Assembly: GCA_903879715.1 (NCBI GenBank)
Contig: CAIRMR010000040.1
Location: 7,119-71,118 of the forward strand
Length of the DNA stretch: 64,000 bases
From: an uncultured Bacteroidales bacterium
Lineage (GTDB): Bacteria > Bacteroidota > Bacteroidia > Bacteroidales > UBA4417
Reading direction: 5' to 3'
Shown: positions 9,871 through 18,802 of the stretch, in pieces
Numbering within the stretch: position 1 is the stretch's first letter
How the letters are laid out: every line of letters starts with the position of its first letter
Program-made: the position numbers and the translations under genes
Notes under the pieces: model-generated
The model's database searches: none
Told to the model about the DNA's origin: nothing
What the model saw: only the letters and a program-made list of their open reading frames with translations

Positions 9871-10869
9871 ATGCTACCAAAAGCGCTGATTATCATTCTT
9901 ATTATTACTTCCGCCAGCTTTATCAATGGATTTGCACAAACGACCGACCAAGCAGTTCAAAGCATACACTTACCCAAAATTGATGGTTCGCTGAAAACCA
10001 AATTTGAATATGATCTCGAAAGCCAAAAAATGCGTTTTGAAGTGCGCAATGCGCGTTTTGGTGCGAAAGGAAATCTAAACCAATATTTTGGGTACCGCGT
10101 TGAGGTTGATTTATCGGACGAGGGTAAAATTAAAATGCTCGATGCTTATGTAAAGGTTACACCAATTGAAAAACTGGATATATATCTCGGTCAGCGGAAA
10201 GTACCTTTTGGTTCTGATTATTTAAGAAGTCCGGTTGAAGGCCTTTTTGCCAACCGCTCATTCGTAGCAAAATATGTAAATGATGGCTTACGAGATATAG
10301 GATTAGTAGTTAACTATCAGTTTAAGTTCCATATCCCCTTTGATGTTTGGGTAGCTGCAATGAACGGGACCGGGAACAACAACCCGCAATGGATTGACAA
10401 ACCGAATTATGCAGCAAGATTAATCATTGAGCCTCTGAAAAATTTCAGATGTGTTGGAAACTATTACCAGGGATCAACCATACTCGAAAAGGATATGACC
10501 ATGTATGGAGGAGAAATGCGTTACCAAACAAATAAACTTCTAATTGAAACAGAATTTCTTAAAAGGCATTACACCGATACAAGCTCTTTAGCTCATGACC
10601 AGTTTGGATTTTATGTTCACTCGTATTACAATTTCTTCACCGGGGCTGAAATGATTCAGATGATAAGTCCGACTCTCAGGTGGGATTTTATGGGTAAAAC
10701 AGAACATACCAGCGAATTAACCGCAAACCGAATAACCACAGGTGTTAATTTCGGTTTCGAGCCAAAACAGTTTAAAGCTGAGATAAGGCTCAATTATGAA
10801 AAATATTTAAAAAAATCTCTTCCGGCGCATTTCGACAAGTTTACTATCGAATTTATTGCAAAATTCTGA
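9871..10869 (+). CDS. Phosphate-selective porin O/P-like outer membrane porin
   Basis: The ORF track starts at TTG 9853. ATG 9871 gives the signal peptide MLPKALIIILIITSASFINGFAQ. Porin_O_P-like pattern: RFEVRNARFGAKGNL...KMLDAYVKVTP...LDIYLGQRKVPFGSDYL. Ends in an aromatic residue (AKF). Confidence 0.7.
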   Translation: MLPKALIIILIITSASFINGFAQTTDQAVQSIHLPKIDGSLKTKFEYDLESQKMRFEVRNARFGAKGNLNQYFGYRVEVDLSDEGKIKMLDAYVKVTPIEKLDIYLGQRKVPFGSDYLRSPVEGLFANRSFVAKYVNDGLRDIGLVVNYQFKFHIPFDVWVAAMNGTGNNNPQWIDKPNYAARLIIEPLKNFRCVGNYYQGSTILEKDMTMYGGEMRYQTNKLLIETEFLKRHYTDTSSLAHDQFGFYVHSYYNFFTGAEMIQMISPTLRWDFMGKTEHTSELTANRITTGVNFGFEPKQFKAEIRLNYEKYLKKSLPAHFDKFTIEFIAKF

Positions 10870-10882
10870 ACCTGAGATTATG

Positions 10883-10905
10883 AGCTATATGTCTGGTATA
10901 TAGCT
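10883..10905. terminator. Hairpin between the convergent porin and MORN genes
   Basis: AGCTATAT gtctggt ATATAGCT. The T-run is weak. Confidence 0.4.
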
Positions 10906-10929
10906 GTTTAATAGCATGAACTCAAAACT

Positions 10930-11394
10930 TTAATTGGAACTATAGTTTCGTTCACTGCTTAACTTTCCATCCTCATCCCACACACGCCAGGTACCTGTTT
11001 TTTCACCATTGCTGTAATACATTTCATAGCGAAGCGTTCCTTTTTCGTCCCAGATACGCCAGATTCCGTCCTTTTTATCATGGCGGTAATTAGCTTCAGC
11101 AATTTTTGCGCCTGAATTAAAATAAGTGTACCAGATACCATGTTTCTGACCATCGAGGTACGATCGCTGCTCTTCTAATTTCCCGTTTTCAAAGTATATT
11201 TCAGTGATGCCGTTTTCGCGGCCATTCGTTATATTTTCAATAAGTTTTATAGTCTTGTCAGGCCAGTACTCTGTATATGTGCCGGTGTATAACATGCCAT
11301 TTTTGTAATAATAGCCGTTACTGTATTCAAGTGCCTGGCTGTAAACGCTTGTCATAATCAACAGGAGAACAGATAATAATACGATTTTTTTCAT
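10930..11394 (-). CDS. MORN-repeat-variant (YwqK-like) secreted protein
   Basis: 154 aa with a signal peptide. Repeated G.Y..YW/Y.NGK...E..Y..G..HG.W units. Confidence 0.65.
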   Translation of the reverse strand: MKKIVLLSVLLLIMTSVYSQALEYSNGYYYKNGMLYTGTYTEYWPDKTIKLIENITNGRENGITEIYFENGKLEEQRSYLDGQKHGIWYTYFNSGAKIAEANYRHDKKDGIWRIWDEKGTLRYEMYYSNGEKTGTWRVWDEDGKLSSERNYSSN

Positions 11395-11458
11395 GTTAGT
11401 GATATTAGTCAGTTAGGCATTAACAACATTCGCGCCGTAATGCAACAGAGTTACAAAT

Positions 11459-14320
11459 TTACTTCTTATTAAAATTGAGAACAACACCCAATGAAATTAA
11501 GCTTCCGGGATTATATTCCAGCGTTGATTGTTCCCGGTTAACTGTAGCTCCATCCAGATTCTTGTATTTAACAAATTGTTTTTCGACGACTTTCTGGTTC
11601 AGTATATCCTGGATACCAGCTTTAATCTGTAAATAATCTCCGATACTTTTGGTTATCGTCAGATCAAAAACATTTCGAGGCATTTCGTACACATCAGGTG
11701 TATCAAAACCAACAACAACAATTCTTTTACCAATCACATTGTAAAGCAGGCTTATCATCAATCCATTATCGTTATCCTGGTAATAAAGGCCGAGGTTTAC
11801 AATAAAGGGCGACTGTCCTTGCATAGGACGTTTGGATTCGGCTGCATAAAACTTGGTAGTGTCGAGACTGATTTCGCTCTTAATAACTGATGCATTTGCT
11901 ACAAGCATAAAGTTTTTGAAATATTTCAGGAAATTATCCTTCTTACCCAGGCTCTCGAGTGATTTTCGTATTTCGAGCTCAACTCCATAGTTTTTAGCTC
12001 CATAGGCATTCTGAAAAGTAAAATCCTTACCACTACCGGAACTAATTTCGATTGTTTCGATTGGTTTTTTAAAGTCCTTGTAAAACACTCCAAAAACAAA
12101 AGTTTCGCTCGGCGAAGGATAGAATTCGTACCTGAAATCGTAGTTATTGATGGTTGCATTTTCAAGATCAGGATTACCTCTGACCAGTTTCTTCAATTCA
12201 AAATCATAAAAAGCAAAAGGAGCTATCTCCCGAAACTCAGGGCGGTTTATAGTTAAGCCGTATGACAAACGCAACAATGATTTTTCATTAAAATTGTAGC
12301 TAAGGTTTGCCGATGGGAAAAAACGTGTTTCATCAATACCTTTTTTCACTTCCTCATTGGAGTTGTCACTCGAGTAACTGTTCATTTGCTGCTTGTTTTT
12401 CTCCATACGTACGCCGGCATATAAATTCAGTTTAGGTGTAAACGGCAATTTAGCAGCTAAATAAGCAGCCATCAAATCATTGGTAGCTGTATAGGAATCA
12501 CTCTTATTCGTAGTTTCGTCAAGTTTAATGCCGGTGGTGGTGTTGATATTGGTATCAGCAAAAATTACATCAACAGGCTCATAAGGAAGTCCCCAGTTGA
12601 ATTTAGATGTGTTTGAAATAGCATATCCTATCAGTCTTGCATCAAAAGCGCGGTCCTTTTTCTCAAGGTACATACCAGCCTTCAGTTCAGGTTTAAAGTT
12701 GCCGAAAGTGAACGTATTATCATAATTAAAGTTAGCGTTGTATACATGCTCCGTTAGGTGCTGGTAAACACGTCCCGACAACTCAGGAGAAGCAGAAAAT
12801 GAAAAATTAACTCCATACTGATCATAATATTGATTATCCGGATCTTCTACAAGGGAGCTTGTCAAACGTTTCAAATCAGGCTGATCCCTGTCGGCATACG
12901 AATATCCTAAAGTCCAGTTAAAATGTGATTGATTGTTCCTGAAATTGAAATCACCAGCCAGTTGCCCGGAATACATGTTCCTGCTGCTGAAACTAAGTTC
13001 TTCAGAGCGAATGGTAAGTCCGCCATAGTTATCGCGGCCATTCCGGTCAATAACCTGGGTGTATCCCTGGTGGTTATATAAGTTACGGAATTCAATTTTC
13101 TGGTTGTTGCCAAAAACAAATAACCAGTTGCTTAATGCCCCGATTTTAGCGGTAGCCTTGCTGCGTATATCATTGAAATAATAATTGGTATCCGATCTGT
13201 CCTTAACTGTGTCATACTGCTGATAATCGGCACGGAATACTTCATCCATATCCTGGGTATAACTGTATGTTAAACTGTTTATAGTTCCAACCGAAACTTT
13301 TCCAACCAAAAAACGTCGGGTAAGTCCAAACTGGAAACGCTGATCCGGAATTGCGGTGCTTACAGCCGGTGTCCATACTTTATCCAATTCTCTTCCCAGG
13401 CGTTGTCGTTCATTTTTATCTGTAACTTCGTTAAGGTGTTCAGGAAAGTCAGCTGGCAAAGCTCTTTTACCATCGTCAAATCCTAACCATTCATATTTAC
13501 TCATCCGGTAATTGTTGAAATCCTTAAAAGTAACTCCAGGCCTGTAAGAAGTTGAATATGCAACAGAGAAACTGTTTTTGTCCGCGTTATTTTTTGTAAA
13601 TATTTTAATGGCTGCTCCTGAGAAATCAGCTGGTAGTTCTGGTGCAGGACTTTTAAAAACCATAATATTCTCCAGCATCGAACTGGGAATTACATCAAAT
13701 GAAAATGCTCTCACATCAGCTTCCGAACTTGGAGTTGATGCATTATTGAGCCAAACTGTATTATAACGCTGGCTGAGTCCCCGCACCATTACAAACCTAT
13801 CATCCATTATAGTGATACCCGGCACGCGCCTGATAACCTCGGAAGCATCGCGGTCCTGTGATCGGTTTATCTGCTGACTCGAAATGCCACTAACTACAAG
13901 GCTACTCATCTTCATTGACGAAAGCATTGATATTTCACTGCCGCCAGTCTTGCTTTTTGCTGAAATCACCACCCCTTCAAGCGCAACACTGTTGCCTTCA
14001 AGATCAATATTCAGATCAAGCATTATATCCTTAACAACCTGAACCTTTTCAATGATTTGTGTTTTATAGGAAATATAAGAAATAACCAGGTTGTAACTCC
14101 CGGGAGCTAATCCTTTAATCAAATAATTTCCATCGAGATCAGTTGTTGATCCGGTGGTAGTACCTTGTATTAAAACCGTAGCGCCTACTAGTGTTTCCTT
14201 GGATATTTTATCGGCTACAACACCTTTTATACCTGTTTGTTGGGCAAAGCCAAGCGTGCTATAAAAAACCAGCAGTATTGTAATGTATCTGTTACTCATC
14301 AATTTCAAGATTATTTTCAT
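11459..14320 (-). CDS. TonB-dependent receptor with CarboxypepD_reg N-terminal domain (about 950 aa)
   Basis: The ORF track starts at TTG 14335; ATG 14320 (MKIILKLMSNRYITILLVFYSTLGFAQQ) is more plausible. GIKGVVADKISKETLVGATVLIQGTTTGSTTDLDGNYLIKGLAPGSYNLVISYISY, then plug VIRRVPGITIMDDRFVMVRGLSQRYNTVWLNN, then a long barrel. Confidence 0.85.
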   Translation of the reverse strand: MKIILKLMSNRYITILLVFYSTLGFAQQTGIKGVVADKISKETLVGATVLIQGTTTGSTTDLDGNYLIKGLAPGSYNLVISYISYKTQIIEKVQVVKDIMLDLNIDLEGNSVALEGVVISAKSKTGGSEISMLSSMKMSSLVVSGISSQQINRSQDRDASEVIRRVPGITIMDDRFVMVRGLSQRYNTVWLNNASTPSSEADVRAFSFDVIPSSMLENIMVFKSPAPELPADFSGAAIKIFTKNNADKNSFSVAYSTSYRPGVTFKDFNNYRMSKYEWLGFDDGKRALPADFPEHLNEVTDKNERQRLGRELDKVWTPAVSTAIPDQRFQFGLTRRFLVGKVSVGTINSLTYSYTQDMDEVFRADYQQYDTVKDRSDTNYYFNDIRSKATAKIGALSNWLFVFGNNQKIEFRNLYNHQGYTQVIDRNGRDNYGGLTIRSEELSFSSRNMYSGQLAGDFNFRNNQSHFNWTLGYSYADRDQPDLKRLTSSLVEDPDNQYYDQYGVNFSFSASPELSGRVYQHLTEHVYNANFNYDNTFTFGNFKPELKAGMYLEKKDRAFDARLIGYAISNTSKFNWGLPYEPVDVIFADTNINTTTGIKLDETTNKSDSYTATNDLMAAYLAAKLPFTPKLNLYAGVRMEKNKQQMNSYSSDNSNEEVKKGIDETRFFPSANLSYNFNEKSLLRLSYGLTINRPEFREIAPFAFYDFELKKLVRGNPDLENATINNYDFRYEFYPSPSETFVFGVFYKDFKKPIETIEISSGSGKDFTFQNAYGAKNYGVELEIRKSLESLGKKDNFLKYFKNFMLVANASVIKSEISLDTTKFYAAESKRPMQGQSPFIVNLGLYYQDNDNGLMISLLYNVIGKRIVVVGFDTPDVYEMPRNVFDLTITKSIGDYLQIKAGIQDILNQKVVEKQFVKYKNLDGATVNREQSTLEYNPGSLISLGVVLNFNKK

Positions 14321-14332
14321 ATTAACTGAGTG

Positions 14333-14378
14333 CAAAATTCCGATCTTAATATTAACTAAATGTTAATTTATTGTTATG
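14333..14378 (-). promoter_or_regulatory. Candidate Pho box (three phased heptamers) plus -7-like box upstream of the TonB receptor 11459..14320
   Basis: Minus strand reads CATAACA ataa ATTAACA ttta GTTAATA, then 9 nt, then GAATTTTG. ATG 14320 lies 12 nt after the box. Confidence 0.55.
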
Positions 14379-14473
14379 ATTAAGAAATTCGCTCTTAACA
14401 TTATAATAATCTGATAACCAAACTAAAAGCAAGTATTCATAAAATCAGGCTATTAATAATTTGTTCCAATATC

Positions 14474-14519
14474 CTTAATGTTTAGTTAACATGCCTGAAG
14501 GGAAGAGAGATTAATTTTG
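14474..14519 (+). promoter_or_regulatory. Candidate Pho box (two good heptamers) plus TAnnTTTG box upstream of the T9SS protein gene
   Basis: CTTAATG ttta GTTAACA tgcc (TGAAGGG, degenerate), then 9 nt, then TAATTTTG (14512-14519). Phasing is the same as at the other sites. Confidence 0.5.
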
Positions 14520-14542
14520 CGATAATTCTAAATTTAAAAAAA

Positions 14543-16135
14543 ATGAAAAAACTAATACTCATTAATTTTATGCTGATTTGCCTGGCAATGGCCGGCTTTA
14601 GCCAAAAAACAATCAGCGATTCCTTCTTTGACCATGTAAATTACAGAGGAGCTTTCGGAACAAATGATGATTGGACAGCCGGTTGGGCAAACTGGGATTG
14701 CAAGAATACCGCATATGGAACACCAGATGTTACCGTAGAAGGCGAACTTCTCTCAAGTACTACCTGGACCGCTAACCATGTATACCTTATTAAAGGGTTT
14801 TATTATGTTCGCACCGGAGTTACTTTAACTATAGAGCCTGGCACTGTTATCCGCGGAGATAAGGATACCAAAGGTACTTTATTGATCGAACGTGGAGCAA
14901 AACTGATGGCAGAAGGCACTCTGAGCCAACCCATAGTGTTTACTTCAAACTCCATTTCAGGTGAACGTTCTTATGGCGACTGGGGTGGTGTTGTTCTTTG
15001 TGGCAAAGCATCTATTAATGTTCCGGGCGGAACTTCAATCATCGAAGGAGGCCCTACTTCGGTTTACGGTGGCGGAGCAACGCCTGATGATGCTGACAAC
15101 AGCGGAAGTTTGAAATATGTACGTATTGAATTCCCGGGTATACCTTTTGTTCAGGACAAAGAAATTAACGGACTTACCTTAGGTGCGGTTGGTAGCAGTA
15201 CCCGGCTTGAATACATTCAGGTATCATATAGTGGTGACGATTCGTATGAATGGTTTGGCGGAACAGTAAATGCCAAGCACTTGATTGAATACCGGGGATG
15301 GGATGATGATTTTGATACCGATTTCGGATACAGGGGTATGATACAATTTGCAGTTTCTTTAAGAGATAAGGATATTGCTGATCCGGGTTCAGGATCAAAT
15401 GGTTTTGAATCTGATAATGATGGTTCAGGCTCCACTAATACTCCTGTAACACAACCTATATTTAGCAACGTTTCTGTTTTTGGTCCTAAGTATGATATGG
15501 CTACTGCAACAAACTCCAATTTCAAACGTGCCATGCACCTTCGCCGCAACACCAGGCTGAACGTTTATAACTCAATATTCTCGGGTTTCCCAACCGGTTT
15601 GTTTATTGATGGTACTGCTGCACAGGGTAACGCAACCGCCGGTGATATGAAACTGCAATATTGTGTTATGTCGGGTATGGGTTCATTTTTTGTAAGTTCT
15701 TTCGAACGTAACTTCTTCAAAACACCTGCTTTTGGTAATGATACATTAGCTACCAATGATTTGCTGATGGTTACTGATCCATTCAACCTAAGCCAGCCTA
15801 ACTTCCTGTTGAAAGCTGAATCAGAATTGAACTCGAGTTCGATATGGGATAATACAGCTTTGAAACACGATCAGAAGAAGGCATTTGCAGCCTCTGTTTA
15901 CCCGAATCCCGTTTCGCAAAATGCTACAATAAATCTTAACCTGGAAAAATCGCAAAACGTTGCAATAGCATTATACGATATACTCGGTAATAAAGTAGAT
16001 GCAATCGCCCAGAAAGAGTATTACGCAGGTAACAATGAAATAAAATATGATGCTTCGTCATTGCCTAAAGGAATGTATTTCATTCGGATCAGTGACGGAG
16101 TAAAAAACAGTTCGGTGAAAATGTTAGTTAAATAG
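14543..16135 (+). CDS. Secreted protein with T9SS C-terminal sorting domain; function unknown
   Basis: 530 aa. Signal peptide MKKLILINFMLICLAMAGFSQ. The C-terminal roughly 80 aa (SVYPNPVSQNATINLNL...GMYFIRISDGVKNSSVKMLVK) is a type-A T9SS CTD. Conserved-looking body motifs: TLTIEPGTVIRG, GDDSYEWFGG, GWDDDFDTDFGYRG, GFESDNDG. No phosphatase motif recognised. Confidence 0.75.
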   Translation: MKKLILINFMLICLAMAGFSQKTISDSFFDHVNYRGAFGTNDDWTAGWANWDCKNTAYGTPDVTVEGELLSSTTWTANHVYLIKGFYYVRTGVTLTIEPGTVIRGDKDTKGTLLIERGAKLMAEGTLSQPIVFTSNSISGERSYGDWGGVVLCGKASINVPGGTSIIEGGPTSVYGGGATPDDADNSGSLKYVRIEFPGIPFVQDKEINGLTLGAVGSSTRLEYIQVSYSGDDSYEWFGGTVNAKHLIEYRGWDDDFDTDFGYRGMIQFAVSLRDKDIADPGSGSNGFESDNDGSGSTNTPVTQPIFSNVSVFGPKYDMATATNSNFKRAMHLRRNTRLNVYNSIFSGFPTGLFIDGTAAQGNATAGDMKLQYCVMSGMGSFFVSSFERNFFKTPAFGNDTLATNDLLMVTDPFNLSQPNFLLKAESELNSSSIWDNTALKHDQKKAFAASVYPNPVSQNATINLNLEKSQNVAIALYDILGNKVDAIAQKEYYAGNNEIKYDASSLPKGMYFIRISDGVKNSSVKMLVK

Positions 16136-16160
16136 AGCTTTCGTTTTTCAACTTATATAT

Positions 16161-16196
16161 AAAAGCCGGCTCCTAATTGAGCCGGCTTTTACTTTT
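16161..16196 (+). terminator. Rho-independent terminator after the T9SS protein gene
   Basis: AAAAGCCGGCTC ctaatt GAGCCGGCTTTT followed by acTTTT. Confidence 0.8.
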
Positions 16197-16390
16197 AAAT
16201 ACACACGCAACTCAAATGACTAATATGATTATTGTCAGGTTGTCATAGCCCCGCAACGACATAAACTTCCCACACATCGTTGAACCCGCTATTTAAATAA
16301 TGTACGACGTAATACAAGTAAAATCAAGTTTCCCGGGTTCTTTTAAAACATTCTCATATTCATCGACTTAAACCATTTTGATAATGTTTT

Positions 16391-16436
16391 AGAAACATCT
16401 AGTTAACAATTTGTTAACATACAAGAATTAATTTTG
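16391..16436 (+). promoter_or_regulatory. Candidate Pho box plus TAnnTTTG box upstream of DUF47-pit
   Basis: AGAAACA tcta GTTAACA attt GTTAACA, then 9 nt, then TAATTTTG (16429-16436). This is a perfect 7-4-7 direct repeat. Confidence 0.6.
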
Positions 16437-16473
16437 TATAACTATTTTAAGCCAAATCAATTCTCCCCAAACA

Positions 16474-17121
16474 ATGAAACTTGACAGAATTTTTAGTTTC
16501 CTGGTCCCTAAAGACCGCAAATTTTTTCCTCTTTTTAACGAAGTAGCCGACAACCTTGTGGTAGCTTCTGAACTTTTCATCAATTTACTTGGTGAAGCAG
16601 ATTCGGGTAAAAGGATGGAATATATCAAAGCAATTTCAGATGCGGAACATGTTGGAGATGATTTGACCAGAAAACTTATGAACGATCTGAACGCAACTTT
16701 TATTACGCCGTTCGAGAGGGAAGATATTCATGTTTTGGTTGATAAAATGGACAGTATAGTTGATTTACTGCATGGAGCGTCGAAAAGAATACATATGTAC
16801 AACTTATCCGTATTTCCAAAAGAATTCATGCAGATCGCAGTTATTATCCACGCTGCAGTTTTGGAAATACAACTTGTTTTACGAAATGTGAAGAATGTGA
16901 ACGACTTCAAACTTTACCATAATTCTTGTATCAAAATAAGCAACATGGAGTCAGAAGTTGATGATATTTATCAATCCTTTCTGGCTAACCTGTTTGAAAA
17001 TGAGATGAATGCAATTGAATTGATTAAAAAACGTGACATCCTTGCGGCACTCGAAAAGGCCATTGACAGATGTGATGATGTAGCCAATGTATTTTCGACA
17101 CTAATTGTAAAAATGGGTTGA
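16474..17121 (+). CDS. DUF47 (PhoU-like) Pit accessory protein
   Basis: 215 aa. The N-terminus MKLDRIFSFLVPKDRKFFPLFNEVADNL is typical of the TIGR00153/DUF47 family. Lies immediately upstream of a PiT transporter. Confidence 0.8.
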   Translation: MKLDRIFSFLVPKDRKFFPLFNEVADNLVVASELFINLLGEADSGKRMEYIKAISDAEHVGDDLTRKLMNDLNATFITPFEREDIHVLVDKMDSIVDLLHGASKRIHMYNLSVFPKEFMQIAVIIHAAVLEIQLVLRNVKNVNDFKLYHNSCIKISNMESEVDDIYQSFLANLFENEMNAIELIKKRDILAALEKAIDRCDDVANVFSTLIVKMG

Positions 17122-17193
17122 TTAACCGATCGGTTTCCAACAACGAACATCTGAAATAAATTGAAAATACCTTAACCTGTTAAACTGCTACAA

Positions 17194-18243
17194 ATGAGTT
17201 TCACTCTATTAATTGTAATCATTGTACTTGCCCTAATCTTTGATTTCATCAATGGTTTTCATGATGCGGCAAATTCAATTGCTACTGTAGTTTCAACTAA
17301 AGTACTAACTCCTTTACAAGCTGTAATTTGGGCAGCTTTTTTTAATCTGGTCGCGTTTCTGATTTTCGAACTCCATATTGTGGACACGATTGCCAAAACT
17401 GTTGATACCTCAGCAATTAATTTATATGTCATTCTTGCAGGTCTTATTGCTTCAGTTATATGGAATTTATTTACGTGGTACCTTGGGATTCCGTCAAGTT
17501 CGTCACACACTTTAGTTGGCGGTTTTGCAGGTGCAGCTGTGGCTTATGCTGGCTGGGATGTGATACATACGGGAAAAATTTTAAAAATTGCTGCATTTAT
17601 TTTTCTGGCACCATTACTTGGTATGATATTTTCATACTTTCTTTCTATTGCGTTGCTATGGATTTTTAAGAATTTCAATCCCTTTAGATTAAAAAAATGG
17701 TTCAAGGCAGGGCAGCTATTATCATCGGCCCTGTTTAGTTTGGGACACGGAGGCAATGATGCGCAAAAAGTAATGGGAATTATTTCGGCAGCGCTCCTGG
17801 TTTATTATAATGGTGTTGACCCATCTCAGATACCCCACTGGGCCAATATAACATTTACTTCGGCAGGAAAAATACATACCATCCCGTTTTGGATTGTAAT
17901 TGGTTGCCATTCGGCAATTGCTGCCGGAACGCTTATGGGCGGCTGGAGAATTATTAAAACCATGGGGGGCAAAATAACCAAACTTACTCCATTCGAAGGA
18001 GTGGCTGCAGAAGGTGCGGGAGCTTTATTGCTTTTTGGTACCGAAGCATTTGGCATCCCGGTAAGCACAACGCACACAATAACCGGTGCTATTATGGGAA
18101 CAGGCCTCACAAAACGTATTACAGCCGTTCGTTGGGGCGTAACCATCAATTTGTTATATGCATGGCTGCTTACAATCCCGGTATCAATGGTTATTGCGGC
18201 TTTAGTTTATTATCTGTTTGTACTATTGGGTTGGACTACTTAA
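17194..18243 (+). CDS. pit: Inorganic phosphate transporter, PiT family
   Basis: 349 aa, polytopic. Paired PiT signatures GFHDAANSIATVVSTKVL and GHGGNDAQKVMGII. Confidence 0.9.
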   Translation: MSFTLLIVIIVLALIFDFINGFHDAANSIATVVSTKVLTPLQAVIWAAFFNLVAFLIFELHIVDTIAKTVDTSAINLYVILAGLIASVIWNLFTWYLGIPSSSSHTLVGGFAGAAVAYAGWDVIHTGKILKIAAFIFLAPLLGMIFSYFLSIALLWIFKNFNPFRLKKWFKAGQLLSSALFSLGHGGNDAQKVMGIISAALLVYYNGVDPSQIPHWANITFTSAGKIHTIPFWIVIGCHSAIAAGTLMGGWRIIKTMGGKITKLTPFEGVAAEGAGALLLFGTEAFGIPVSTTHTITGAIMGTGLTKRITAVRWGVTINLLYAWLLTIPVSMVIAALVYYLFVLLGWTT

Positions 18244-18711
18244 TGAGTGACTTATTCTGTTACCATATACATAACTATTTTTAGTTTTATTAATCAAAGT
18301 ACTATTATAGCCTGATATTCAGAATATATTTTTTTCTCATGGAAAGTAATTCAGCAGTAATAAGTATAAAATAATGTCGTTGCAAGAGTTAGATTACACT
18401 TACTCAGGCAGCAATTGGAACCAATAAGCAAACTTCCCTCTAAAATATGTCCGTGCATTTTTGTTGAGTAAGCGTCATTCGGAAATTGGGGCTAAAGACA
18501 CGAAAATACGTTTTCAATAACATGATGTTATAGGTTTTCCAGTAAAACAGCTAAAACAAAATGTGTTTGGATATAAGCTTTTATTCTCAAATTGTGTGAT
18601 TGAGAAGCAAAAACGATTACTTTTATTCAGAAAAAAACGGATTCGTCTGGGATTTTGCCTGAGTCCTAATTTTCTGTAAATCAGCATATCCGGATGTATA
18701 CACTTTCTAAA

Positions 18712-18781
18712 CTTAACAATTATTTAACATTGGAGTAATTGGTAAGTAATACTTGAGCAGTTACTTTACATAAATTTAACA
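18712..18781 (+). promoter_or_regulatory. Candidate Pho box region upstream of pstS
   Basis: CTTAACA atta TTTAACA ttgg AGTAATT ggta AGTAATA (starts 18712, 18723, 18734, 18745). A second, out-of-phase pair is CTTTACA taaa TTTAACA (18764, 18775). At the expected offset only a weak -7 box (TACTTTAC) is present. Confidence 0.45.
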
Positions 18782-18802
18782 TAGTTAATAGTGCTATAAA
18801 TC

